From: Tubulanus polymorphus
Taxonomy: Eukaryota; Animalia; Nemertea
Direction of reading: 5' to 3'
DNA: 64,000 nucleotides
Assembly: GCF_964204645.1 (NCBI RefSeq)
Contig: NC_134028.1
Location: 16,127,653-16,191,652 of the forward strand
Under the pieces are notes generated by a model, which saw only the letters and a list, made by a program, of their open reading frames with translations, did not search any database and was not told where the DNA came from. This document shows positions 1 through 13,743 of the stretch, one piece after another. Position 1 is the stretch's first letter. Each line of letters opens with the position of its first letter. Made by a program: the position numbers and the translations under genes.

Positions 1-532
1 TTATATGTTATACAGAGTAATAAAATTTCCAATGGGGTAACAGAACCATGTAGCCGAAAAGAATGAATTGGATCAAAGATATCATCAGAGTTGTTCGAAA
101 ATTATCAAAAATACACTTGGCAATATATGAAATATATACATATTGTTTATTTTTGGTAAACTGTAACATTTATACATTGAGATAAACATTTGAAAATAAA
201 TAATTTCCCATACAAGATAGAAATGTGTTAACCTCATTAATATCATTCGTGTTAGTGGAATTTACGATAAAATGTCACCATTACTGAGAGGAAATAACTG
301 TGAGGAAATATTGAGGAAAATCTAAAACCAGGATTCGAAATCATGGAATGATGCAAAGTGTAAACTAACCGGGCGAAGTTATGACATTTCAAGGGTGGCT
401 CCGAAAACATACAAATTAGAATCTACATTTGAACATCTGTTTCAAAGGGTGGCTCCAGTTAGACTATTGAATATTTACATGAAATGGTTTAAAGACAAAG
501 GGCCAAGGTAGTTATGATACATATTTTTTCAG

Positions 533-691
533 GTGACAAATCGCACATATGTTTCTTCTGATCATTTTAAACCAGATGATTTTAAAAGAACATTTACAGG
601 AATTAAAAAGCTAAAACCTGGAGTTGTTCCAAGTGTATTCTCTTGGAAAACACATCAATCAAGAAAACCACCTGTAGCTAGGAAAAATTAG
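533..691 (+). pseudogene. THAP domain C-terminal exon remnant (probable ISL2EU/Harbinger-type transposase N-terminus)
   Basis: After the acceptor ttttttcag it reads VTNRTYVSSDHFKPDDFKRTFTGIKKLKPGVVPSVF, i.e. the THAP VCSxHF...LKxxAVPS/TxF signature with the Cys lost, and then stops. Confidence 0.6.
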
Positions 692-961
692 CAGCATTTT
701 GAAAAAACACCATTTCAGATGAATTTCATGACGAGTAAGTACCTTTAATTACAAGATACAGCCAGTTATTCTACCCAACTTTGAGCAACTGAGCGGTAGA
801 TAGAGAAAGTTGGCGCCACATAGCTAGTTCAAATGACTCGATTTTTATTTTGTTCTATTTTACCATAATCATTCTATGCAATGAATTATAAAAACCTTGC
901 TTTTTAATCTTTATCTTAGCGTCGCGGAAGAACCGAATTGTCAATTTCAAGACCACGACTA

Positions 962-1191
962 TGTTCGTCAACCAACGTAAGGATAAGCTTATTGCGGCTC
1001 AAAGTAAGAACTCGCAAGCCAAATGTATGGAACCAGGAACGTTGAGCGAAGAGAGCAAAAGAGGAACACGTGCGTTTAGTAAGATGACTATCGAGTGTAC
1101 TGATTTATTTACTAAGACGGAAATACAGATGGTTGATTACAATATAGGTCATTAACAGAGTTCAAGTATAGGATAGATACAATTCCTGACA
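962..1191 (-). repeat. 3' LTR of BEL/Pao element 1
   Basis: TGT...ACA ends; AATAAA on the minus strand; PPT-like GGGGCCGGAG directly upstream on the minus strand (1192-1201); lies downstream of the integrase ORF. No 5' LTR is present to confirm it. Confidence 0.6.
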
Positions 1192-1506
1192 CTCCGGCCC
1201 CAGGAAATAATGGTTACATAAAATCGACACATTACAGAAAAATGATATTTAAACGCAAACTACTAAATATTAATGAACAAACTACATTACCTAGATTGCT
1301 TATGATCGTAGAACATATTGTCATTGCGTTGTGGTTTATAGATTGAATAGAGATTAGAATTATTGTAAGCTAAGAATCAAGGTTACGTAGTTCGAAAGCA
1401 AGATAAGCTTTGGAAACATTAAACTAAACTATGAGTATATATTTCGTTATACAATCACATGTCGTGAGAATTCAATCAGAGTAGATCATTATTTAGTACA
1501 TATCAA

Positions 1507-2895
1507 TCATTTTAAGTTCAATTCAGCAGACCAATCTTTGATGCGACGTTTCGCTTGAACGGTTGCATTTCTCGTTCGGCGCGGGTTGAACGGTATTTCA
1601 TTCGAATTGTCCTTATCGGTATTTGTCGCGTTGTCACATCGCGATCCGGTATCGCACGTTTCGGGATCACAATTGATTTTTAACGGATACAACTTCGTTA
1701 TAGGTCGATTTGTCATACCGTTCTTTGTTTTGATCATCGCAGATTGTACAAGTCCATCGGAGCCGCGATTTATATCATTAACCAAAGCAAGGTTCCAGTT
1801 CGCTCGCTTAGTTTCGTCGGAGTGAACCATGACAACGTCTCCGATTCTAATTTCATTCTCAGTGTGTCCCTTTTTACAGTTATTCGCATGTGCTTCGCGT
1901 AATGCTGGTAGGTATTCGTCTCTCCAACGCTTTTCACATGTTTTGAAAAGATTATCCAAATACACAGATCTTTTCTGAAAATCGGATCTTTCATGCGGTA
2001 TGTAATTCGGATCGATCAGTTCGTCTTTGCAGACAAACGCGTGCGGGAGTGAAGTTAGTCTTCTACCGTTTATTAGGTGAGATGGTGTCAAGGGTTCCAA
2101 TTCGTTTACGTCGGACGACACATATGTTAGCGGGCGGTCATTAACGGCTGCTTCGACTTCCGTAAGCAGGGTGTTCAATTCGTCGGCCGTTACGGATGTT
2201 CGTCCTAGCGTTTTCTTGATCGCATTTTTCGTGACGCCGATTAGTCGTTCGTAGAATCCCCTGAACCATGGGGCGCGTTTGGGAATAAATTGCCATTCAA
2301 CATATTTCGAGAGGAAATCTTTTACGGTTTTCTTCTCCTGTAGTTTCGCGATAAAATCGGCGGCGTTTCTGAAGGTTGACCCATTGTCCGATATCATTAA
2401 TCGCGGTAATGATCTCCTGCTTGCGAACCTACGAAAGGCGCGAATGAATGATTCGGTTTTCATGTCTAAAACCGATTCCAAGTGTACTGCCCTGGTAATA
2501 GCGCACGTGAACAAACAAACGTAGGCTTTATTATCGCGCGCCGTAGCTGACCTATAATAGAGAGCACCGATGAAATCGACACCAGTTACAGCGAACGGTT
2601 CCTTATGATCCACGCGGCTGACTGGTAACGGCGGAGTTAGAGGCGGAGCGTACGGTTTCCCGCCGTTTTTTAAGCAAATCACACATTTTCGGATCACCGA
2701 ATTTACGGCCTGACGAATACGCGGTATCCAGTGTGTTTGACGGATGAACGATATCGTAGATGACGCTCCGGAGTGAAGGGTCAACACGTGTGCGTTCTGA
2801 ATCATCAATCTAGTATACAGATGCTTGGTGGAAAAAATAGAATCGGGTATTTCGCGCCATATTTGATACTCGCATTTTGTAACCGCCCACTGCAT
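1507..2895 (-). CDS. BEL/Pao integrase region (HHCC, DDE core, C-terminal domain); fragment of a broken pol
   Basis: H-x4-H...CxxC, TGVDFIG, ISDNGSTF, APWFRGFYERLIG, RPITKLYPL. Confidence 0.9.
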   Translation of the reverse strand: MQWAVTKCEYQIWREIPDSIFSTKHLYTRLMIQNAHVLTLHSGASSTISFIRQTHWIPRIRQAVNSVIRKCVICLKNGGKPYAPPLTPPLPVSRVDHKEPFAVTGVDFIGALYYRSATARDNKAYVCLFTCAITRAVHLESVLDMKTESFIRAFRRFASRRSLPRLMISDNGSTFRNAADFIAKLQEKKTVKDFLSKYVEWQFIPKRAPWFRGFYERLIGVTKNAIKKTLGRTSVTADELNTLLTEVEAAVNDRPLTYVSSDVNELEPLTPSHLINGRRLTSLPHAFVCKDELIDPNYIPHERSDFQKRSVYLDNLFKTCEKRWRDEYLPALREAHANNCKKGHTENEIRIGDVVMVHSDETKRANWNLALVNDINRGSDGLVQSAMIKTKNGMTNRPITKLYPLKINCDPETCDTGSRCDNATNTDKDNSNEIPFNPRRTRNATVQAKRRIKDWSAELNLK

Positions 2896-5800
2896 CGAAT
2901 GACACCGTTGTCAGTCACGAATAAGTTTAATTGGCGCGCTAAACTAATCTTACGTTTATTGTACGAGGCCATGATTCCCGGAAATTCGTTATCTTGCAGA
3001 TTTCAAATCCACGCTTGTTCTGCTAGACGCAAGTCCGGTACCGAAATGTGACGGGTACTTTTATCCCCTTTGAGTCGCGTTATAAATTTCATGACGAGAG
3101 CGGTAACGCGTAATAATCTTGGCAGCGTCGCGAATTCGGCGATTTCGATTATGTTATGTAATCCGCATATGTCTGTGATCGCAGTAGTGCAGACGAGTTG
3201 CGGCTCGTTGTAGGTGAGCTCGTTGACATGCGTAATAGGCTCATCAAACATTTCGCATACTGGCCAATCGCCGATCGGAAGCCAATGTGGACCGTTCCAC
3301 CACAGATCCGAATTTTGAAGTTCGGTCACTTTTACTCCACGTGTGAGTAAATCGGCTGGGTTGTCTTTCGTGTAACAATACTTGATATCGTCGAAATCTC
3401 TCATTCGAATTTCTTTTACCCCGTTTTCAACAAATAGCTTTTTCTGACTTCTAATCCAGTGAATAACAATTTGACTGTCAGACCATAGGATGGTCTTCAC
3501 AATCTGAGCAGGTTTCGTCAGCGAATCCACGATAAATTTCGATAGTCGCGTCGCAATGAGAGCTGCCATGAGCTCCATTCGTGGTAACGTGATCTCTTTT
3601 AACGGTTTCACTCGCGACTTAGCCATAACAATTGATACGTTATTATGCAATGCAATTCAGATAGGCAACAGCACCGTACGCAACAGTGCTTGCATCGGCA
3701 AACATATGCAATTCGCATTTATCGCATATTCCGATATCGAAATATTTCCGCTTGTAAGATATATCCCTAGCATTTTCGAGTTCCGGATATATATTTCTCC
3801 ATTCGTTCGCAAGATTTTCGGGCAAACATTCATCCCAGTTCAATTTTCCGAGCCATAGCTTTTGAATGAACGTTTTCGCGCGTATGTGTACGGGTGAGAG
3901 TAACCCGAGCAGATCGTAGAGTTCAGACGTAGATCTCACTACTTCGCGTTTCGTTAGTAGTGGCTCAGAGTTATCAGATTTCGACTTCTTGTATGTCAAC
4001 GAATCTTTTACAGTATCCCTTACCAAGCCGACAACGTTGACAGATGCTTCCCGGTCGTATCGATTGTCTTGTTGCATGACTGCTCTGAGTTGGGGGTCGT
4101 TGGTCGCCCACGATCTGAGTAAAAACCCGCCCTTCTCCATCATCCGGTTCACCTCGTTGTAGAATGTGACAGCTTGATCTTCTATTCCAGTTAGAATGTT
4201 ATCGACATAAATGTTCTCCATAATGTTTTCTGCTACCGGACACGATTCATTCTCAAGGTGTGTTTTGATAGCGGCGTTGAGGATGAACGGTGAACTGACT
4301 GACCCAAACAACACTGACTTAAATTGATACACCTTGAACTGACTTTCTCGGTCCTTTGGGTCAGACAGCCACAGAAATTTGGTGTATTTTCAATCTTTTT
4401 CCTCGAGTCATACATTCAGAAAGGCTTTTTCGATATCACTGCTGATTGCAATGGTATTGAGTCGGAATCGTAGAAGAATCTGAACGAGATCGTTGATTAA
4501 CGGTTCTCCGGCTTCCAGGCAATCATTCAGGCTGGGATTCCCTCTTACATTGAAGCTACAATCATAGACAATTCTTATGGGTGTTGTTTGCGAATCTTCC
4601 TTTACTGCGTGATGAGGGATGTAGTGGCCTGTATTCGGGTCGTCGTCTGGTATCTCTTCGATAAAGTCTCTTGCACACTGCTCTCGAATAATGTTGTCAT
4701 AATGCTCTAGTAAATCTGAAGATAGGTTGTGTAACATCGCGCGTGTTCGTCTCTTGCATACACTGTAATTTGACGGAAGTGCTTCCTGATCACCTTTCCA
4801 CGGTAGAGCCGCCACGTATCTCCATCCCGACAAAGTTTTTCGGAACGATAATTGAGATACGATGTCGGTTTCGAGTCGTTTTCGTCCTTTATCCCTATTG
4901 TCTCGAGGTCCCAGTAGCGAGATAGGTTTTCCTCTTCGTGAACAGGGCTCGTTAGAAGCTTAAAGCAAGTGGTCATCACCGTCGTTGATGGGAAATCTGT
5001 TGGTCCTGACAGGAGATAACCCAATTTTGAGGCAACAGCTGTGGGGCCCTGTCCTCTGACGACCTTAAATTCGACTACGGACCAGTAATGGTAAGCACCT
5101 ATCAGGAGGTCAATTTCAAACGAATCGGTCGTAGCGTACGGGCCAACTCAATTTTCTGCAGATAATCATAATTCGTTGCTGCCTTGTATACATAGTTTTT
5201 CATCGGTGTTGAGATCTTGGGTACGATAAGAGCACGTATATCGATGGCTCCCGATGGCGTTTGTAGTTTTAGGTCAGTCACCCCAATTGATTGGATGCCA
5301 GATGTGTTGGCGCCAAATGCCGAAATGCATATAGTTTCCCGGTCGATGAGATTTAGGTCGATCGGAAGTCTTCTAGCGGCATCGTGAGAGATAAAGGAAC
5401 GCTGCGCTCCCTTGTTGAAAAGAATGTTTACGATAGTGGATCCGGAGTTTGCCGAAATTGAACCCACAGCTGTTTTCAATATGACTGTTCCAGATGTTGG
5501 TGTCAATTTGGCCTCTACGATGGTGGGATTCTGCTTCACTGACCGGTTCCCATGGCCTTCTCTCTCAGTGCAAAGTAGTGTGTGGTGTCGCCGATTGCAT
5601 ATTCTGCAAGTCCACCTTGAGTTGCAATTACTAACTTTGTGGGTTCCAAGACAATTAAAACATAGTCTGTTTTTTCGGACAATTTCTTCTCGCTTTTCTG
5701 GCGACGTGACGACGGTGCATTCAATAGGTGTGTGGTATCCTCTACAAAATTGACATTTTCTGATTGGTCGGTCACCCGGTCGTTCGCGTCGTTCGGGGTG

Positions 5801-6823
5801 TTGATTCTGAGTGATGAATGCTGATACAGATGGTAATTCATATACACTGGTAGGCCTATCTGACGATTCCGCTTCTGAGGCTTCTATTTCTTTCTTCAGA
5901 GCCTGTCGAAGCGTAGTGAGCGTCCAGTCTGTGTTGCCATTCCCACGAGTAAGCTGTTTCCTTACTGATCCGGGTATTTTTTCGGGTATAATTGGGACGA
6001 GAAGATCACCATACCCGTCTTCTGTCTTCCCTAGAGCATTCAAACCGCGAATGTAACTTTCTAAATTATCCGAGAATATTTTCAATTGAGTGATGTTTTC
6101 TCCTGGTTTAGGGAGCTCCCATAAAGCTTTCATGTATGAACTTACGATTTTTTGTGGCTGGCCATATCGTGTCGTGAGCAGCTCTAACGCGTTGAGATAA
6201 TTTGCATCGGTTAGAGCTAACCCTTCGATCGTACGCGATGCCTCTCCGGTTACTAATCCTCTGAGGTACTGAAACTTGACGACATTATCGAGATGTTGAT
6301 CGTTATGGATAGCTGAGTTGAAACTGTCCATGAAACTTTACCAAGTGAGTATATCACCGTCAAACTTAGCGAGGGTGAGTTTGGGCAAGTTTAGCGTCTT
6401 GGATGTCCGTTGGGTGGTGGAGATTTCACTTACATTAAATGTTGATGTATCGGCACCTGGAGAGGTTTCAATCCGTTTCCGTTCGAGAAACTTTTTTAAT
6501 TTTTCATTTTTGCTGATAATGGTCGCAAGTTTTTCGGACGCTTCTGATTTGTGTATGGTGGAAACATGTATAAACCAAATATGTAGTTACAATCCATCAA
6601 AGTGTCTTGAAAATTCCAAAAATAACTGGATTCTATCTATGGACGAAAAGTTAATACAGTGGACAAAAGTGGGGTCATTAAAGTTTAACAGATACTTGGT
6701 AAAAAGACATCAAAGTAAAAAAGGGCAATTTTTTCTAGCATTGCATCGAAGAAGTCTCTATCGAAGAAAATCCTTTCCCGGTGATAATCACTGTTTGTGT
6801 AAACAAAAAAGTCGCACCACTTT

Positions 6824-9251
6824 TCACCAGTTATTCCCATCTGAATAGTAATACAGGTGAACTTTCGACAATTTCAAAGTTCCATTTTTCATCTGTTTAA
6901 GGTATTTTACTTCGGAAATACTTTCTGCCAATGGACATTTTATCTCCAGGAGACCATATTTCTCATCACTTTCAGGATCATACACTCGCCTATCAGGTGA
7001 GTAACCCAAATAGGATACACTCGGGTTGACGCCAAAAGTCCTCGAATATGCTTCAGCAGCTTTTGGTTCCATACCTAAACCACGTTTCATCGCTCCAGTC
7101 TGAACAGGACGTCGCTGTAGTTGTGATGCTAATGTTTTGAAGTCCCCTCGATGAGAACAAATTTGTTTAAATTTCGAAGCAGTCAACCTTGCTTGCTTTA
7201 ATTCATACCATAATTTGTTGCTGCTTTGGTCTCTCCGTTGTTCTTCGTATAAGTGTGCTTGTACTGATGTTACATCTAGGCTTCTGAATATGCAATGACA
7301 CTCGTATGACAGTGGTCCTTGGTAGGTTCTATTCAAATCGGGGAAGTTGAACGATGGAGGAGCAGATATTCCAGCTATAATGATGTTGTCGGTTGATTGC
7401 GCTTCGGAGTCTAACTGATACGAGAGAAGACTTCCATGAGGGCCGTCGCCAAAAAACGGTGTTCACTAAAGGGTAATTTCTTACTGTAGGCGACCATAAC
7501 TGCAAATACTTTGGTGATGGATCGATTGTTGCCATGTACTGAACCATTTGCTCATCTAGTCTTATATCCGAGAGATCATCTTCAACCGCTTTATATAATG
7601 TTGACCGCACTCCATAAGTCCGTTTTTCTGACTTCTTAGGCTTTTGAAAAACTATTGAAGGCACTGCTTTTGGTGTCAAGCCTTCTCGGCGAGATGGAAC
7701 ATGCCATTGCTGAAAAATTGTATAAAAATTTCATTAAACAGCCATAAGAAATGCACTATAGATATATGGCAACTACAAAAAAATAAGTGTTGACCAATAT
7801 CACCTTGTTGTATTTTTAGGCTAAACAAAAAGGATAGGCTACCTTGTTTCATCGCATTTGCCGGGTAATTTTGTAAATTCCAATGGAATTTGCAATCAGT
7901 TCATTTCATTAGCTGCCAGGTCTATTATTGTTAGCTTGATCCTGATTTTTAATAAACCAATAGAGGGTAGATAGGCGGCCGGGCTTTTAAGCTCAGCAGA
8001 TGGAGAAACAAGGTATCATTTTTAGCCTTCAGCAGTAAATAAGTTTTTCATTTCAAATGAAAAACTTTCAACTTAAGAACTTCAACTCCTTTTACTTGTC
8101 TGTGCACAAATAAGATTAAGTTAGAAAAATGCAAAAATTTCATTTGAGTTACCTGGGAAAATGATGTTTTCAATTTATCTGGCGGTACGCTCGACAATTT
8201 TAACCTTTGATAGTGCTGTAGTTGACAATGGCTGCCACGTGATGACACAGCCCTTGACCAGCAGCACAACTACACATTGATTTTCTTACATCTATATCAA
8301 AGTAATTGACCTGCCAAGTAAAATTGAGAAAAGAATTTCAATAATTTATCAAAATGTTGCTTAATACAACGCATTCATCATAATTCAATGAGGTAATAAG
8401 AATCAAACAGAACTTAAGCTGAGATATATACCTGTACAGAATGCGGTTCTCAGTCTTTTTCTGTGACTGATACCATTTGCTACGTATGGCCCATTCATTT
8501 TGGTCACCCTCATTGACACACGTAGTTAGTACTGAAAATAAGCAATAAAACCTAAGTTCAAAGTCAAAGACACACTTTAGAGACAATTTTAAAAATCTAG
8601 ATTTTCAAAAAGTTTGGTACCTGAAGTTAAGAAGTTTTGACCTAACCATATGGGCTACACTGCTAAATATACGTTTTATTTCTAAAAGTTTTTGTTAACA
8701 GTTTGTTAATATCTGCCGCATAAAATCATTAAAGCATCGTTGATCACAAGTGCACCAATATGCGTAGTTTGACCCGGCACTTAATCACTATCAATATTAT
8801 CGGCTTTTTGTGGAGTTTAGTGTGTCGCTCCAGACAGCGCGCCACACACTGACACTGTATAACGCAGTAGGCCAGAGAGACTACACTGCAGTACTGTAGT
8901 ACTAAAAATTGGCACGGCGGCCGATTTAGCATCACAGAACCTTTTTATAATACCCCAAAGGCACTTTTATTTAAGATAAACAAGACTATATTAACAATTG
9001 TCTAAGCTACTTAGTCTTATGCACAGTCTACACAATGGCATCGACACGACGGACGACCTTTTAAATCGATTCGATGATTCTTACCTTCAAATTCATGAAT
9101 GTAAGTCTTCGATAAAAAACTTGTAGGCCCTCTCCGAAGTCACCGAGACTGACTTGTTCTTCTTAATCAACGCATCGATAGAATCCATGGGTATAACAGG
9201 TATTGAATCAAGATTTTTGAGCTACAGTTCACGCTTGGCGGCGGCAGCCAT
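6824..9251 (-). pseudogene. Spliced SWIM zinc finger + YqaJ-like exonuclease gene (ISL2EU/Harbinger accessory-gene type), decayed
   Basis: Exons read by eye: ~9251-9085 (MAAAAK...ERAYKFFIE, GTAAG donor), ~8533-8432 (IRSKWYQSQKK..PHSVQ), ~8311-8153 (CSCAAGQGLCHHVAA, SWIM), then from ~7710 QWHVPSRREG into YqaJ motifs WYELKQARLTASKF, GLGMEPKA, LGYSPDR and LLEIKCP. Confidence 0.8.
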
Positions 9252-9354
9252 GAGGACATCTATACTGAGCGCGCGCGCGGTATTTCCACACGGAACTTTT
9301 GCAGTGGCAGCCTCATTTTTGTATCGCTATGGCGATTGTGTGAATAAGGCAAAT

Positions 9355-9797
9355 TCTCGAAAATTGAGCTTTAAATCGGCGAGAAAGACCGCCATTTTGT
9401 TTGTGTTTGCTTATTTCTTTATGCAAATGAGGTATTGCACACATGCGCAATGAGACAGGGATGCGTCAATTATATCATGGGGGATGAAGCAGCTTCTTGT
9501 CGCTAAGAGACTAATCAACGACTCTCACAATATTACCCTAGAAAGCTGTAAATAAACATGGCTTTGTCAAAGCTATCAAAACAATGCGGTTTGGAAATGA
9601 TTTAGGCCTATGATAGTGCAACCATTGCGGCCGTGCCTGCGTAGTGAACCATGTGCGAGCAATGTACTCTCCCCATAAAAAATAAACTTACCCAGATCAC
9701 ATGGTACACACTGCTCATTTGCATTAAGAAATCAACAAACTGGAACAAAATGGCGGTCTTTCTTGCCAATTTAAAGCTGAATTTTCGAAAACTCGAT
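9355..9797. repeat. Imperfect inverted repeat pair (~80-bp arms), MITE-like
   Basis: tcgaaaattgagctttaaatcggcgagaaagaccgccattttgtt...atgcaaatgag (9357-9431) recurs reverse-complemented at ~9714-9791. Confidence 0.5.
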
Positions 9798-9879
9798 ACA
9801 AAATGGATAGGCCTATAACTAGGGGTCCAGGGACACCATGCCCACTTGGGAAGAGGTTTCAAATGCTCAACAATCTAAC

Positions 9880-11055
9880 AATTTCAACATTCAACGCCCC
9901 CTGGTGACCATTTACAAAAACCAATGACCTTAAAAACTCACCACAATCATAGAACATGTCAACAGCTACGATTTTGTAATTGATTGTGATAACAAAATAT
10001 GCCTCATTACCAATTTAATATGGAAATACTAAGTCATTCTACTATTCACTACTTCTATGACCTCGAAACTCACCACAATCATAGAACATGTCATGAACTA
10101 CAACTTTGCAATTGATCATGGTAACAAAATATGCCTAGGTACCAATATAATAAGGAAATACTAAGTTATTCTACTATTCAACGCCCCCTGGTGACCATAT
10201 AGAAAAACTTATGTCCTTAAAACTCGCAACAATCATAGATGATGTCATTAGCTACAACTTTTCAATTGATTGTGGTTACAAAATATGCATAGGTACGAAT
10301 ATAATAAAGAAATGCTAAGATATTGTATTATTCAACGCCCCCTGGTGGCCATATACGAAATCTAATTACCTTGAAACTCACCAAAATCATAGAACACGTT
10401 ATGAGCTACAACTTTCTAATTGATTGTGGTAGCAAAATACGCTTAGGTATCAATATAATGTGGAAAAACTTTTTCCCACTTACGAATGAGTACTGGTGAC
10501 ACCAAGATGGCCGCCAATTGCGTCATAATTGGCTGATGAAAAATACCTGTCTCAGGTATAAAACATCCCTTTCCAAAGAATACCCATCACAAATTGTAAT
10601 GAGAAATGGCAAACCAGTAGGAAGCTACAGGACTCAGAATTCGGGCCAAAATTAACATTTTTGGGCACTAAAAAGGTCATAGGACGGCCATCTTGAGTCG
10701 GACCGACCCAATTTTTGTTATGTTGATGGGCCCTGGGAGGATTCACATATATGCGAAAGATCAAGGTAATTGATCAAAGCGTCTTCAAAATTTCCCTCAA
10801 AAAGCTCAAAAATGTGTAAAAAGTGCTGATTTTGACGAACAACAATGGCTGCCAGTCGGCCATCTTGATTCTGACAGGGCCAGTTTTTGGGCTGAAGATG
10901 TGTCTAGGGTAGATACATGTGTAACCCAAATGTCAAGACGTTACATTGAAGCGTCTTCAAAACTTCCCAAAATAACTGGATTCCGTCTACGGACGGACGG
11001 ACGAAAAGTGAACGCAATAGCCCGCTGGGACTAAAGTCCCAAGTGGGCTAAAAAC
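9880..11055 (+). mobile_element. Non-autonomous element with internal tandem repeats, GGAC microsatellite and 3' hairpin (Helentron-associated/DINE-pearl type)
   Basis: About 4 degenerate 135-155-bp repeats (ttcaacgccccctggtg...), (GGAC)n at ~10990, and terminal hairpin tagccc-gctgggact-aa-agtcccaagt-gggcta followed by an A-run. A fragment of the same family lies at ~6550-6680. Confidence 0.55.
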
Positions 11056-11432
11056 GATGATTTCTCTGGACTGCACGACTCTACTGATTCGATTAAGACC
11101 TATTAGAGGTATGCACACCCAAAAAGATCGTGGACAATCAAAAATAAATAGACTTTAGACATGACGAAGAAGTAAAGGCTGGTTTACACGAGCGGTTTCC
11201 AGCTAGCTTTTTCCAGCTACATGAAAACGACCTCAGCGGCACGCATTTTCACGTAGCCTAGCTGGTTCCAGCCAGCTTTTTCCTGCAGCTTTTTCCAGCT
11301 ACGTGAAAATGCCTCGAGCAACAACAAGCAGGAATGTGCATGGTCACCCGGACAACCGAATTTTAATACCAGCAGCACGCGTTTTTACGAGCCGCTGCCG
11401 CATTTTGACCGTTTTCACGAGCATTTCCTGTC

Positions 11433-11828
11433 GGTCATCCTTATTACCGAGATGATGTATTTTACCGAGATGAACTGAGATGAAATGAAATATAACATAG
11501 GCCTATTTATTTAGGCCCTATTCCTTATCGATTTTAACAATTGAAATCATATTATATCAGTAATAAATGCCTGCTGGAGTCATATTTTACATATTTTGTC
11601 GGATATTTTTGTAGAAAAATAACTTAATTTTACCGAGATGAGATCGTTGATCAATCAAATTCAATGAAGAAATTTTATTGCTAACCGAGTTTACACATTT
11701 GAAGTCAAAATTTTTTTAAATAAAAAAAATATGTAAAATATGACTCTAGAAGGTAGGCCTATTTATTACTGATATAACATGATTGGTTCATCTCGGTAAC
11801 ATACGTCATCTCGGTAATAAGGATGACC
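11433..11828. mobile_element. MITE with long imperfect TIRs
   Basis: ggtcatccttattaccgagatga... at the left end and ...tcatctcggtaataaggatgacc at the right end, with a further inverted block (gagtcatattttacatatttt / aaaatatgtaaaatatgactc). Confidence 0.7.
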
Positions 11829-12262
11829 CTTAATTTAAGCAACTGAAGTTGAGTAGTGTGTGAGCGTCGTTAGCCCCTTGTTATTTTATATAGGCCTACA
11901 TGCGATTAACAGATTTCGTTTTTACATTACGGATTACCTACAACCTACGGGCCCAAGTGAATTGAAACATTTGAACGAATTAGGCCTATCCATACTTACG
12001 AGCTTGGTCAGTTGGGTTCATATATTTCCCACTTTTGGTTGTATTTATCGACCTTCTCCCCATTTCGGCTTCTTAGTGGTAAGAATGAACCGATCATTAA
12101 TAACAGCGCGGCTCCTGAATGAAAGAGGGCGATATTTTTCAATAAGATAGACCTGGGGTACTCCTTCCGGTGAACCTTTTGGAACTGACTATATCAGATG
12201 ACTCAAAACCAGACCGTTCCGTCTACAGATAGTATAGCGGATTAGCGTTTTACATTATCATG

Positions 12263-13063
12263 TTGAATTCAATTCAATTCAATTCATCTTTATTATTCCG
12301 TATTGCTTTACATTATTGGTTTTGCACAATAAAGATGATTACGATTACGATTACGATTTATTTACACTCCAACCATTTCCATGGTATATGGAGGAAAACT
12401 ATTACACATGTATATACAAATATTTACAGAACAACACTAAAGTGATTAAAATTTAGAGAATGAAAACGTAACGAAATATATATATACATCAACTATTTAC
12501 AATACTATATATACTATTGGAGGGATCTATATACATCTAAGCCGGTCTTAATGAATTTAGCTAAGTTGACCGTTGGGTTTTTCAGAATATCAAGGGTATT
12601 AAAGGTATTCAAATTCAAAAAGTTTTTGCGTTGTTCGTTAAGTAAGGTACAGTCAAACAGAAAATGGGATTCGTCACCTAAAGTATTACAAGTGGGGCAT
12701 ATTCTATCGGCTCTGTCTAAATGAAGGTTTGAGAATTTGTTCACAGGTAAAATATAGGACCCGACCCTAAATTCAAATAAACTAGTTCCTAAGTCATCAC
12801 CAAGTTCTATTATATACTTCTCTAACCTAATATCATTTTTATATTGCCTAAAGTTAGTGTATATCGGATTAGTATTTATGGCAGATACAGTTTCTTGAAG
12901 GTGCTGGTCACGGAGTATCTGTTTTATTCGTTTTGAAAAAGATTTACTGTTAGTCATGAATTGCTGCGTCCAAATGCAGGACAAACCACAGTCATCAAAC
13001 GTTTTCTTTATATATGATAACCAAGCACGGCTGTACAAAGTGTCAACTCGCACCTGCCACAAC
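12263..13063 (-). mobile_element. LINE 3' end fragment with (TTGAA)n tail
   Basis: ORF2 C-terminal zinc motif RICPTCNTLGDESHFLFDC; AATAAA followed by a TTGAA repeat tail at ~12263-12295. Confidence 0.8.
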
Positions 13064-13743
13064 CACCTGCGGCAAGGTGCTTTTCTAAGAAATTCGCAAA
13101 GGCCGCTGGGAATATTCCGTGTATCTGTAATGGCTGCCGCTTCAAGCAGTCGGCAAGCCGGCGCGAGCGTTCAATACCGATCCTTAACAGTCGATTATAT
13201 TTCGAAAATGTATAGTAAGTAAAAACACAATATAGTTGTAATATGTGTGAGTAGTATTTATAATTAATTTCCTCTAAGAATTTACCCGTTTTAATCTCCA
13301 CCGGCAAGCGAAAATAAACTTAATCTCCATCTTTTAGTCGCGTTGCTACCCGGAAGTAACTCTCAGCTGTTTCACTTTGTTTAGGCCTAAAATCCTCGGA
13401 AAATAGTAATAACACTACTCAAAGGGTATTTTACGACATATATGTCCGGGAAGAGTCTACTGCTGATCGGAGCATGCACTTTTTAGCTCCGACTAGCGCT
13501 GTGTGTGGCAAAAGCGAGTAGTAGTGTAGGCCTAAAATAGAGCAGGGAACACTAACAGTTCGTCAGTTGTCGGGTCGAGTAAGTTGGCACAGACAGTCTA
13601 CTTAGCGATTAGAGCAGCAAATAGTAGTAGGCCTAGGCCCCAATGTCCTGTGGTTTTCTCAGAGAAAGAGACAAAAGGAAAGCCAATTTGTCTTACATGT
13701 CATCCTTAGGCCACATGATTGGAATAGGCCTAGCCTATGAAAT

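Larger units (their letters stand above)
962..6550 (-). mobile_element. BEL/Pao LTR retrotransposon 1, decayed and 5'-truncated
   Basis: Frameshifted gag-pol fragments: DUF1759-type gag with Cys/His knuckles (5102-6331), RT (YIPHHAV, RIVYDCS, IYVDNI), Pao RNase H (FADAS, LPRMELMAA, WSDSQ, NPADLLTRG) and integrase (GVDFIG, SDNGSTF, FYERLIG; 1507-2895). Confidence 0.93.

Noticed and set aside
13128-13220. Possible host first exon (MAAASSSRQ...GTAAGT)
   Set aside because: It is short, no downstream exons are identifiable, and it is surrounded by repeats, so it cannot be supported.
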